NCBI RefSeq assembly: GCF_021028975.2
Contig: NC_059434.1
Coordinates: forward strand, 48,360,001-48,424,000
From: Sphaerodactylus townsendi
Taxonomy: Eukaryota
Reading direction: 5' to 3'
DNA: 64,000 nt
This document shows positions 23,571 through 36,652 of this stretch, piece after piece. The position numbers and the translations under genes are program-made. Below the pieces are notes generated by a model. The model did not search any database, was not told the origin of the DNA, and was given only the letters and a program-made list of their open reading frames with translations. Numbering within the stretch: the stretch's first letter is position 1; each line of letters begins with the position of its first letter.

Positions 23571-26500
23571 TCTTCTGACTGATTGAGAATGAAGCCATAG
23601 AAACTTTCCCACTTTCTCAGAAGGGAAGGGAGTTCTGCTCCAGGTACTTTATGGTACCCTGGGAGTTAATATTAATGTTAGATATTTATGATTTCATTTT
23701 GTAAGCCATCTAAAACATTTCTCTGAAGTGATATCATACAAGTAGTTTAAAATAAATAGTCATGTACCTGGTAAAGTGACAATGGTTAGTATTCTTTTCT
23801 GTGTTGCTATTTACCCAGGGAAAATGTTGTTCCAGATTAAAATGTTTGGGGACCGGGAGTCCTAGACTAAGTTGAGCCATCACGGAAAGTTCTAATTGGC
23901 ATCTTGCACAATTTGTTCATTTTATTGATTCACTATGTCAAATCAATGCAAATGTCTGCCTTTCTCCAGAGCATCTCAGCACTGAAGGTGTGAGACAACA
24001 GTATCAAAAATAATTTTATAAAACAAACATTAAAACAACAGACAAAACTCTAAAAATAAGTTATTCACCATTTTCCCCTTTCCTGGTCAGAACAGCTCTG
24101 TTTTATATCTCACCAGAACACCAGGAAGGAAGGAACCCTTTCCCTTGATCTCTTCTAGATGACTGTTCCAAGGGCATGGGGCAGCCGCTTAAAAATGTGT
24201 GCCTGGAATGTTGCTGAAAATGTCTTAGGGGGATACTAACAGTAGATCTTGCTGGAAGACAGCTCCTAGTCTTAGGCTGGAGGGGCCATTTGTGCCCAAG
24301 TGGAAGAGGATGGGAAGCGAGAATGATTTGGGCAATTGGGCCCAGCATTGGCTGTCAGCCATCTTCCTGCAAACTGCAGGCTTGTCATAGTAAACAGCTC
24401 AGACTGAAAGGAGCAGGCTGAAGAGATGCTGGGCATTCAGCAACTCTCTCTTGACAAAGAGAGGATCTAATTTACACCCATTGATAGAACAGACAGCCAA
24501 GGTTCAATCTGCCAGTATCTGCTGCTCCTGTCTGATGACACCTGCCCTGTATCTTCTGTCTGCTTCTCCTGTCTGATGGCACCCTCACTTCATCCTTGGA
24601 GGAAAGGAGGCCCAGAACCCAAGATACCATGTCAGGGTGCAGAGATAGATGTGCATGGGGGAGAACAATTTGGTGTGTTAGCTAGTAACAAAGGCTGCTA
24701 CTGCCCAATAATGTGGGGGAAGTTCTTTGATGAGGGAAGAAAGTAAAAAAAGCAGCCACTCGTGTGTGATGGAGTCTTATCACAGCTCTCACAGCTATAT
24801 TGTTGGTTATTTTGATGAGAGGAGGGAGTAAAAAATCAACCACTCAGAGCTATCATGTAGGATAACATATAGGTATCTTTGTTCTGTGACCTATTTTGAA
24901 ATATATATATTTAAATTACTGTAACTTGGTTACCTTGAGTACTTTTTAGGCAGAAAGCCGATTAAAAGTTCATTAACCATAGGCTTTTCAATGTGTTTGT
25001 GATTTCCCTTTGCTTATCCTACTTCCTTCCTCTTCTAGAATGTGGAACTTGATCAGCACTTCCTAGTTCGAACAAGCTCCAATTTGCTGTGCCTTGTAGG
25101 GGGAAATGAACCCAGTTTGCCATAGTGCCGGTATTTGAACGGCAAACTGGAGCTTGATCAAAACAGGAAGCACACATGAGAAGGTAGGAGGAACACACAC
25201 AATTCTGACAAACCTATTTAATCAGAATTTGTATGATGTTTCAATGCATCTATAGTCAATATTGTCTTTGTATCAAATCAGCAGAACTCAAAATGAATTC
25301 TGAAGAATACTACATTGTTTTAAAATGTATTTTTCACAGAAGCATACCATTTTACAACTATGAAGTAAATATTCTCTTATTACCCACTAGGTACTTCCAC
25401 CTCCAAACTCTGCACCAGTTTCATCCTGGTACTGCGCCCTAGAGCACATAGGGTGATACATTAATATTTAATGATAACTGCATTTCAGAGTGAATGCACT
25501 ATGCACACATATATTTTATTTATGCCTCTTTTACCATATATAAATTATATTAGATGAACCAAAACAACTGAGCAGGTTGTCTAAAATGTGATATCCCAAA
25601 TGGCCTTGTTAAGAAAATGTAAATTGTTTGGATAATCTTGTTTTCAAAAGCCAAATTCACTTGGGCCAAAATACATATAGAATTTTTTGAATGTATCCAG
25701 TTCCCTAATTTCTTTATGGTTGTATAATGCATGGAGTTTGTACCAAATTGCTGTTGTTGTGATGAAATTCTTCTTGAAATCCAGGCTACGTAATAACTGG
25801 ACTCTCTTAGCTACCTGGGTGGTTCTATTGAACCACAAAGGTGATGTAGGAACGCTGTTGGAATCATATAGTCATCACATGGGATTTGCAAATTTATTTA
25901 GCAACTGATCCCTGTACAGTTATTAATACTAATATTGAAAGCAACAGGTGATTCATGATCCTCTGCCAAGTTTTTTTTCATGATGATAATTTAAAACTTT
26001 TACAATATTTAGCAAAACTGGAAATGTAGGTGGGGGCCAAGGAAATGATGTATAACAAACTGTAAATATTTATATATGTAGTTGAAATTGATGCATAATT
26101 TGATGAACTGATGATTAAAAACTTAATACAATCATTAAAATCTGTAAACTCCCCATATGATATGAATTGAACTGAATTCATTTTTTATTATATGCAGAAA
26201 ATATCCTGTATATTAATGTTACATTGTTTCAGTCCCTTTCTCAAAAAACCCCATGTATACAGTCAAAAATATTTAGATAAATGGGGAGTTTAACCTTGGC
26301 TGTATTTCTGTCTTCAGTCTGTGCGCTCTGGAAAATCATCTAGATATGAGAGAGCCTATCAGTTGAAAGAGGCTGCAATAAATCTCCTGTATATTGCTGC
26401 ATTATGTTTTTCATCTCTGAGGGCTTACACTGAACGCTGGTACGGTGGGGCACTAGAAAACATTTTAGTTTATTTTATTATGACTGCATTCTGTCTGGCG

Positions 26501-28426
26501 AAAATATGCAAGCACAAGTCTCACATGTCCATTGGAAAACATGGGGTTAAAGTGGACTGTATTTTAGGCTGCATTCAGTTGACTTGCTGTGTGGGGAGAG
26601 ACTGAGCAGTCCTGGCTAATGACTTGTAGGTACTGAATCCTCAGGTCTCTCAGGTGGTTTCACTCGACCAGTTTCAACAGAATGATGAAAAGGCTGAGAT
26701 AAAATAAACTGACAGTTGCTACTCATTGCAGGCAGCAAGCTGTACCCCAGCAGCTGAGACCCTGGGAGCCCTCTTTTTTAAACAAAGGCTTTCTCTGCAG
26801 TGAGCAATGAACTCCACACACACAAAAAAGGAGAGGGAGATTGGCAGCTGGTGACCGACAGGAGGAGGGAAAGGAGGAAAACTGGGGAACACGGCAATTG
26901 TTAGCTAATTAGAAGCCATTTCCCACCTACTTAATACCAACCCATTAAGCAAAAAAATGCTTTTTCATCTTACTCTCGCTGCTACACATGACATTATACT
27001 CCAATCAATACTCTCCCACTGGCTGCCTCAGTACCCACAAATGAATGCGTTGCAGTTCAAGAATGCAGTAATTGAATTGGGGCAATGAAATTGGAGATCT
27101 CACAGACAAGAACTTTCTCTGAAGGTACTGATGTTATATTTGTGAAGCTTGGATAAAGAAATCAGATCTCACCATTGACAGCTTTCAGACTCTGGCAAAT
27201 AAAAACAGAGTGTGATTAACACATGTCAGCTTTCATATTTAAAAAAGTAAATGGAGCCTTTCCTTTTTCTGAATGGTGTGGGCAGGAGGTGGAGAAAAAG
27301 TATCTTGATACAGTTTACACAAGCAACAAGACTTGTCGTTTCCATTATTAATTTGTTTAATGGCGGTTTAATCTTTTACTTGCAAGACATCTGCAGTAGA
27401 AACAGAAATCCTGCTAACCTGTCCATGCATCAGCAATGCAGCTGGAACTTCTTTCAATTCTGATAATTGTGATAACACCGGTCTCTGAATCCATCTTTTG
27501 ATGTAACTTACAATACAGTAGTTCAGCTGGTAACAGCAGGGTTTGCATCCAGCTAAAGTTATGTTCCTATTTACAGTTATTTGGAATAAAAGCCCTGCTG
27601 GATTTTCTAAGTAATGTTTTAAGTTCACACCATATTTGTGTTTACCACTGCAACACCAGAAGAATGGGAAGAGTGCTGAAGGTGGCCAGTTGAGCGAAAC
27701 TGTCTTTCAAAACATGCATGATAAATTTCAACATAATCTGAAATCATCTCGGCCATAAGCATCTGTACGTGTTTTTAGAAACCTGACATTTATTGGCACA
27801 GAAGGAAGAAAAAAAATAAAGGGAAAGAAAAATGCTTCTATTATCTACAATTGTCTTCATACAAAGCCTGGCTTGTATTGCCAGGCCTTAATTCTATCTC
27901 ACTTAAATCTGACACTCTTGATTTCAGTATTGGTGTATCATTCCATTTCATTTAGTTTTATTACATGCTCTAATCACGATCCCCTCTTGTTATATATTTT
28001 GTTAGCTGTTTCTGCCCATGTTCCATCAAGCCATGCATCTGTTCACACGATTCTACAATTGTAGTAAGATCTTTAAGTAACTTCAGTCTGTTTACATGAT
28101 ACAGAGCCCCATTTAGACGGAGTGCCAAATCCGCTTATGAAAGCGGCATGCCACCACACTGGCAGATTTGGCCTCCCTGGAGTACTTATCCCAGCAGAGG
28201 GATGATTCCACCAGCAAGCAGCTGCCGCCACACACATACACATACCCCTCTGGACACAGCACCAGCATCTCAGCCTTCCTGCCACCATTACCACTGTAAC
28301 AGGGGCAGGCCAGGAGTGTGGCCGGGGAGGAACCAGCTTTAGTTGTCTCCCTCCTGGCCATTCACAGCACTACTCCAGCTGCTGGGAATTTAGACTTATG
28401 CCACCCTTTTTTTGAACCCCATAGAG

Positions 28427-28904
28427 CAGTGATGGCGAAACTTTTCGAGACCGTGTGCCCAAACAACAACCCAAAACCCACTTATTTATCGCAAAGTGCC
28501 AACACGGCAATTTAACCTGAATACTGAGGTTTTAGTTTAGAAAAAAACGGTTGGCTCCAAGGCACACATTACTCGGGAGTAAGCTTGGTGGTCGTCGGTG
28601 GCTTTGCTTTGAAGCAACTGTGCAACGCTTTGAATGGGTGAATCACAACCCTAGGAGGGTTTAAAAGCAAGCCCCATTGCCAGCAACTGGGCTTACTCCC
28701 AGGTAAAGGATTGCGCTTTAGTTCTTCCCATGAAAATCAGTGGGGTTTAACAGCACTTAACAGGGTTACCTACACATCGTGCCCAGCGGCCCAGGCCAGC
28801 CTAGATGTGTGTGTCCCCCACATGATGAACTTTGTGCGCGCGTGCCCACAGAGAAGGCTCTGAGTGCCACCTCTGGCACCTGTGCCATAGGTTCGCCACC
28901 ACTT
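28427..28904. mobile_element. Non-autonomous hAT element
   Basis: TIR CAGTGATGGCGAAAC ... GGTTCGCCACCACTT. Perfect 8-bp TSD CCATAGAG at 28419-28426 and 28905-28912. Confidence 0.88.
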
Positions 28905-29700
28905 CCATAGAGACTTCTCAGTGGCAGGCGGGGCTTTTTCACTTTTCAAGTCTCCCCAAGCCATCGGGAAACCTCTTTGGGGACAGGAACATGCCCAGCT
29001 CTTGTATGGAGCTGGCAGATGCTTCATTCTACACAAATGGTTTTCCCAACTTATACCCAACAAACTTTAAGAAACTGTACTGTCTTTTCTTCTGGATCCA
29101 CAATGCAGTAACTGTTCCATCTTTTCCCCCACAACAACATAAACCATGGATCGGTTGGCAATGCTCATAACAATGTAAAATCTAGGTTCTGTTATTCAAA
29201 GGTACAATATGTAAAAAGTCTGTGCATACAATAGTTCTGTTCCATGGAGGTACAATAAACATTTCAAATAACATTGTTTAAATTATTGTTGTGCTATGCT
29301 AAATCTGTGGAGCCCCACTGCTATTTAATACTTTTGTTTCCAAGCTGAATAATTTGTACTATCTTTACTTTTTGCACGGTGGTTCATTTGGGTTATTTTA
29401 TGATTGCCATATTTATCATAGAATGGGGGTCCTGTTGCATCATTCTGATTCAAAGGTTCTCAGCTACTATCAGGTCACGAAAGTGGAAGATTCTGGAAGC
29501 ATTACTCACCTGAAATTTTTCTTGTTTTTTTCTCTTTGCTGTCTTAAGCCTCAGATGCCCGCCAGTGACTCAATGTAGATATACCATAGCTCAAGGCTGA
29601 GAACACCATGAACAACTGAAATGTTGTTGAATGCTATTGGCAGTTGCATGTTCAATACATTTGCAGGGGTTTTGGAAATGTGATATAATTACACCTTGTG

Positions 29701-30152
29701 CAGAGGCGTGTCTAGGGAAAATGTAGCCTGGTGCAAAATCTGAGTTTTCCGTCCCCACCCCCACCCGTGAATGGGTGGCCGCCCCCCCCCCCCATGACCA
29801 AACAATTTTTTTGCTCCAGGTCTTGAAGTCAGTGTATGAACCTGGAGGGAAGGAGGAGAGGTGTGGGGGGGGGGGCAGTTTTCCACCTCCCATGTGACTA
29901 AATGGCCAAAGCCCAGGGACATTTGAACCAGTGGTGGGATTCAAACATTTTAACAACAGGTTCAGATGGTGGTGGGATTCAAATAATGACTGTTAAAAAG
30001 TATTTAAAATATTTAAAATATTAAAAAAATATTAATTCTTAATAAAAACCATTTTAAGTATTAAAAAGTGATATTTTAACAACGGATTCTACAGAACCTT
30101 TGGAACCCTCTGAATCCCACCTCTGATTCGAACCCTGGGCAGTACGCCCCTG
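29701..30152. mobile_element. Non-autonomous hAT element with the same end family as the large composite element
   Basis: TIR CAGAGGCGT ... ACGCCCCTG. Perfect TSD ACCTTGTG at 29693-29700 and 30153-30160. Subterminal gcctggtgcaaaatctgagttt resembles 38360-38385. Confidence 0.88.
29929..30125. mobile_element. hAT MITE nested in 29701-30152
   Basis: TIR CAGTGGTGGGATTCA ... TGAATCCCACCTCTG. TSD ATTTGAAC / ATTCGAAC. Confidence 0.85.
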
Positions 30153-30588
30153 ACCTTGTGACTGCTAATAGAAATAGTGGTCAGGAAAGACAGAACCTGC
30201 TTTCAGTAGGGGAAAAAACTCATAATTAAACCAGTAATTTGCCTTTTAAATTGGTATAATGAGATACTCACCAGGAGAACATTTCTGAGTCAATTTTTAA
30301 TGTAATTGAAATTTTAAAAATACCTTAACACAGGTCTATCCCAATCACATTCCTGATTTTACACAAAATCCATATTCTGTCACATACATATTTTATTGCA
30401 CAGCTATGTAGAAAGAACCAGCTTGGGAAATGCTATGGAAGAATAGGCAGGAAATTCATTAAAACGTGGTGATTTGCCAATGCAATGTCTAAACTTTTAG
30501 ATAAATGGAGTGCATTACTGGCAGCTCTTTCTTGTTTATCTGATACTGAGAGGTTCCAGCTCATTTTAAAAATTAGCTCTTTAGCATT

Positions 30589-31345
30589 GGCCATTTCCTC
30601 ACTGAGAAATTAAAGCCGGATACAACTAGGTTTCAAAAGAAACGGCATCGCGGTTTCACCCTCCCCACTGCAGCGTGAGGACATCAGTGTCTATCACGGT
30701 TTCAAACAGTGCAGAACTCCCCACGAACGAGCGATTGAACGCACAATCTGCTCAGTGGCTCTTTGTTCCTCGTCCTGATTGGCTGTTGCTCTGTTTTGGG
30801 GTGGGAAGTTTTAAAAACTTTTTTTTGCGCAGCTACATCACCACACGCATGAGTAGATAGAAGCTACATTGTTGTGTGACTTCGACTTTTTCGGCACTCT
30901 TTACCCACACAGCTGTGCTGACACGAAAGTCTTATTTTAGTTTACAGTTGGCACAGAAATCACGTTCCACGCAACCACATTTCAACGTAACGGCCACCAG
31001 CACGAAATTTTAAAAAGGGCTGTGCGCGCATTGTGCGCAGCCTACTGCGTTCTGATTGGCTGGAAGGCTCCACATCACTCCCTATGGTGGGAAAATAAAC
31101 CTAGATTCTGTTCCCTGTCCCCTCCCCCCGTCCCCTGTCCCCTCCCCACCAATCTGGCTTCAGGGCGTGTTTTTTAAAAAGGTGCACTTCCATTCAGGTT
31201 CTTAAAAAACACGTGATAAGGGGGAGAGGGAGCGCCAGAACTGGGGATGAATCCATGTTAAGCAGTTAAGCAGTGGGGAGTTCTTGCTGAAACCTTGATA
31301 TTTCACTTGAGTACCACACGATTAATTGACCGTGGGGAATTGACC
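30589..31345. mobile_element. PIF/Harbinger-like non-autonomous element
   Basis: TIR GGCCATTTCCTCAC ... GTGGGGAATTGACC with a 3-bp ATT on both sides. CpG-rich interior. Confidence 0.7.
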
Positions 31346-34300
31346 ATTATCTCAAGGCATACTACCTTCAAGATGGAATAAAAAAGCCCACATTTTTAGC
31401 AGAAGTTTCATTCAATATTATAAACTAACAAAATTCTTACTCTGATTTTCTTCTAAAACAGAAGTCCATTGCCATCCTGCAGACTAAATATTTATTCCAG
31501 TATGAACTTTTGTAAGTGCACAGATGCTATGCACCTGTGTAAGAAAAGATTACAGAAAAGGAAGAATTTGTCTAAAAAGAAGCTGATTTAAATACTAGAG
31601 CCTGTATGTTGTGTACAATTCTATATATTGTGTTCTAGTACTATAGGGTTTTTGCAAGGATTTTTTAAAATGCATGGAGTATGGCACTTTTAAATACCGG
31701 TTTATAATTTTTGTATTTTCTTTGTTGTAAGGAGGGTTCTCTTCAACAGTATTGATTATTTGAAGATAATACAGATTAGATCAGAAGGGGAAATACTTGT
31801 ATTATTGTCTCCTGTTAAAAATATCAGTAAAGGGGAGCTGCCTAAGATAGCCAACAGAGGCCTTAGGTGTGCCTGAATACAAAACATTTTGCAACGTATA
31901 ACTAGGGAAGGTTAATATAATTTTTGTCTATTGAATAAGAGCATCCAGGTTGATTGATACAGTAATTTTGGCCTTTGCTATGGCAAATATTTAGCTCATT
32001 ATCAATTTTAATAGCATTTTGCAGAACAAGCTTTTTCTTGATATGCAGAAAATAGTATTAAATTTCCCTGCATAGATACATTGTTATGACACACAATAAC
32101 TACTTGACTATAAAGGGGGGGATTAATAATTTAGGAGGTGTTAACAAATTAGGGCCATCATTAAAAATACTTTGAACCATTTTGTAGAAAAATCAAATTG
32201 AGGTAATGCTTTGCTCTTATGATAAAGAATTACAGCATTAATTCTGCAAAGTGAACTTATTGCTCCTATTCGTCTCTAAAACCCTGGAGCATTAAAAGAC
32301 AGGAAGAATGAAATGATCATTGCTTTTCTTTTTTTCCCAAGCATAACAGCTCTAATATTTCCATCACAGCTCCATGGCGGAGCTTTTGTGGATGTGCTAG
32401 AGGAAAAGCCCAACAATGTCTTCTTTTCCTTTGTTTTACTTCTGCTATTATGAGATATGGGGCCAGTGGTTCTTAACAAAATGGAAATGGTGCTTGTACA
32501 GAATTCTACATAGGGTGTTCACTGACAATTTTTTTTTTTGTAAGTGGGTATTTTAAATCATAACCTGGCTGGTTTTATTTGCTTTCTTTACTTTGATTTT
32601 GCTGTCTTATAGCTGAATGTCAAATACATTTTAACTGAATAGTTCTAATAATAATTATCTGCTCAGTCCAAACAAATGACAAAAGAAAGAATGTTGGATT
32701 TTTAAAATAACATGGATATTGTTTTCAAATGCTGTATTACATGTGCATTCGTGCGTGTGCTGACATGCATAAGTAAATATAGTTTGTATCTTGCCACCGT
32801 AAGTATGTTCTTGGCTGCCACTGGAAATCCTCCCTGGCAGGGCAAATCCCCCTGTCTCACTCTTTGGCTCCTTGTACTTTCTATAGCCCAACATTCCATC
32901 TTATCTATGCCTCCGCTTGTCCTGGTTTAGTGTATTTGCCTTTAGTGTATTAGGTAATGAGAGAAAAAGTTAATTGCCCCGTTTTCCAGTTTTTATAATA
33001 ATAAGCATTATTGAACTGACATGTGAATTAAATTATATTGCGCCAGTTAAGAATCATGTTTCTCCCTTCCTATCAGTGATTGAGGGAATTTGCCTTTGCT
33101 GATCTACTCTGAAGTAAGTCTAATTTTATCCAGTGGAGCTATTCCCAGGAAGGTGTTATTACATGAAACAGCCTTGGATTGGACAAGATGGGGAATTGCA
33201 GTGGCAGTCAAGAATGCATCTTTGCTTCCAGAATGAAAGTGTATTTTACCAATTCAGCTAAGCACGGGTCTTATCTAATCTCTGCTTGCTCTTTGCATGA
33301 TCAGATGATCCAAAGATAAATTATTGAAAGCAGATTATTAGCATTTCTACTGTTGTTACTACTGGCAGAGTTTCACTGGTGTCATCACTGAGAAAATTTA
33401 GGAAGAAATAGTGCTACAGTAAAAACAGCAAATCTATTGAATTATCCCCCAAAAGCCACCACTGCAGTTTATTTTTATAGCACTCTTTACGTAAAATAAA
33501 ATGCAAACTGGTCTTCAGGGAGTAGTCAGCTAAGTTCAGTGAGCTTTTGGATGAAAACTCTGAAGAGCTGGGTTTCCTAAGTGCAGAATGATACACAAAA
33601 ATCCTATTTATCTGATCTATAGTGTGATGCTACAACATCATGCCTTGCTCAAAATAACTAAAAATTGCTACTCCTAAAGCTGGCCTTTGTTACCCATGCT
33701 GCGCTGTGTCCCATAGACAAACACAATTGGTTTTGGAGATCTTGGAAAACACTCGCTTCATAATTCTTTTTCGAGTTGAAGGCTTTCATCAAGCACAGGT
33801 TTTGAAAGTTTTACCCTATCCCAGACTCATGTGTCTTCAAAGATTCTCAGCCTCTGGAAACTAAACTCACTGATACATCATTGCAGAGAGAAATGATGCC
33901 ACACAAACCACAGGAAGCCACACCTTGAGAAGTGCTTTCTTCTTGGTTTGGGAAGAATGAATTCATAAATGCTAGAAGCATTCTGCTCTTCAGCTATCCT
34001 TCATATATAGAAATTAACATCCCTACTTCATGCTTGATATGGGAGACTGAATGACAGTAGCCTCTGAAAAAGACTGTAGCTTTAGTATCAGCCAAATACT
34101 TGTCATTAGATATTACTCTGCTATCCTAACTATAAAAAATAACCTGGCCACCTAAACCTTACTTTGTTAATGTTATCCAATACAAGGACTCCTCTTCTGT
34201 TTGCATATGTCATCTCTGTCTCTATCAGTGGGATCCTATGGTGGGAGACCAAATGGGCTTAGGAAGCCAACTGACTCCTATCATCATATCTTGAAGACAT

Positions 34301-35679
34301 GCTAGCATTAGGACTAGTTATGCCAGTGCAGGCCACCAGTGCTACTGTACTGCTATCGAGCACCAGTGCTGCTGTGCAGTGGCTACACACCGATGTAACT
34401 CAGGCACAGCACCTTGCAGTGACATCAATGTGGGCAGATTGTGGGGCTTGGCCAGAGTTAGTCTGCTCCTAGTGCCTTTCATCCTGAGACCAGTGAACAT
34501 GACAGTGACACTCAGGCCCACTCCATATGGTGTGGGACGAGTAAAACCACTGGTTGGGGGGAGAACTTTGCATGGCTGCTGCCTCCGAAACGAGGCAGCA
34601 CCATCGTTTGCCCACCACCACCACCACCAGTGTTTTTGAAACTTGCTAAACTAGTTTTTTAAACCACTGTTTTGCATTTGGTGCCAAGCGAATGGCACCA
34701 GGTGGGAGGCACCACTTTTAGGCACATCCTTTTTTCCTAACTTACCTTCTCTTCCCTTCAGCTCCACAGAGACGAAGGGACATGCCTCCTGCCCTCTGCC
34801 CCTGAGGTGTTGTTATAGCCATGGGGGCAAGTCCCCTCATCCCTGCACAGCTGCTCAGGAAAGAGAAGGTACTTTTTTTTTAAAAGGAAGTGCCTCTGTG
34901 TGGAGGCGCCTCCGTGAGCTGTGGCAGCTCCAGGGCCATCCGTGTGGAAGTGTGCAAAAGGCCCTGGAGCTACACCAGGGTAATTTATCCTGGTGTGCAG
35001 CTGCTTCACTGGCCTGTACAGAGTGGGCCAAAGTTGCCCAAGGGAAAAAAAGGCAGCAAAGGCCATAGTCAGTCACAGAGTGGCAAAAAAAATCAAGCGC
35101 CCACTTCAAAGACTCATCTTTTGTTTGCATAAGATTAGTGCCCCAAAAGTGCCCTATACAAGGACTCATCTTTTTGTAAGATAAGTGCCCTCCATCCATG
35201 AGGCTCCAAGCTGCTTAGGATGCCACCTAAGCTTAGGATGCCACCAATCACCTCTCTCCCCTGTGGCACCCAAGCCTCCTCCCCAGCACTCAATCATGCC
35301 CTCTACAAAAACCCCAGACAGGATGCCTCAAAATTCATGGGGCAGGTAGGGCATGCAGCACAGGACTATGTCTGAAAGCTCCCTGCCATGAGTGAACATC
35401 AAGGCATCTTGGTGGGAGGAAAATCATAAAGGACACTTAACACAAGTGAGTGAGCACTTTGTACAAAGATCCAGCAGGGAGAGCAAAGTTCACACTCTAT
35501 GGATGACCACTCTCAGTTCTGAAACCAAACAGGTACCCCATCTCCTCAGGACACAGAGCAGCAGCCATGCACTGATCTTCCCTCTTTCCCCTTGTCTGTG
35601 ACTGGAAGTAACCTTGGCAACGCCACCTCCTGCACCTGGAGCCCCAGACTCTCCTCACTATCACCCCCTTGCTTAAGGG

Positions 35680-35915
35680 GGTTTGGTTCTGTCAAGTCAC
35701 AGTTGACTTATAGCAACCCTGTAGGGTTTTCAAGGCAAGAGACTTTCAGAGATGGTTGACCTGCTTATGTGTCACAGCCCTGGTATTCCTTGGAGGTCTT
35801 CCATTCAAATACTAGCCAAGGTCAGGATTGAGAAGGTTTGACTGGCCCAAGTTTCCATGGTGTATGTGGATATTTGTACCTGGGGATACCTTAACCACCA
35901 CACCACACTGGCTCT
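35680..35915 (-). mobile_element. Sauria-SINE-like and tRNA-SINE fragments
   Basis: ctgtcaagtcacagttgacttatagcaaccctgtagggttttcaaggcaagag... and taaccaccacaccacactggctc. Confidence 0.6.
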
Positions 35916-36652
35916 CATTTGTGATCTATATCCATAATAAAAAAATTTAAAATGACATATGACACATATAAAAACTTGCAAAATTTAACAAGGGTCAATA
36001 AATTAACATAAGATTACATTTGAGAATCCCTTTGAGCTCCTAACCCCCACCCAATTGGTCCTGCTCTTGGATAAATAGTGAGATGAAGTGTGCTGCCGAA
36101 TATATTTAGGTATTGTGGATAGTTTTCTGCTTCACTGAATCCCTTCATTCTCTTTCTTGTTCTGGCTGACATATTGGTTGGTTGATTTCGGAAAGGTAAG
36201 AGAATGTTACAGGATGTGTGGCTGTTTTTTACTCTCAAGGACTCAGTCTGAGAATCTCTGTCATGTAATCAGAATAAAAGGAATACTGTAGTAATCATGA
36301 TTAATGTAAGGAACACTGATTATGAATTTATGTTGAAATAAAATTCATATCCCCAATACCCTCTAGTTTTATTTATATATTAATTAAATGTTCATGTTTC
36401 CTTTCACCCCCAAAGAAGGCTCCATAGGCAGTTCCGCAACAAGCACAATAAAAATGTAACATTATTTAAGCTATGTAAATCATCTAAAAAACTAACAGAA
36501 AAAGAGTTAAATGCGTTAAGCCAGTGATCAGTCAGTTATGTCACCAGTTCAGAGTCCTTTCAGAATTAAAAAAATCCTTCAGATTTCTTCATAAGACCTC
36601 AAGGGTATCATGAACTTCAATTCTTAAGAGGAAGTATTTTGGAGGTTCGGAG

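Noticed and set aside
30589-31345. CpG-island promoter (CCAAT boxes, CpG-rich)
   Set aside because: Bounded by TIRs and a 3-bp duplication, so better explained as a Harbinger-like element; no associated exon.
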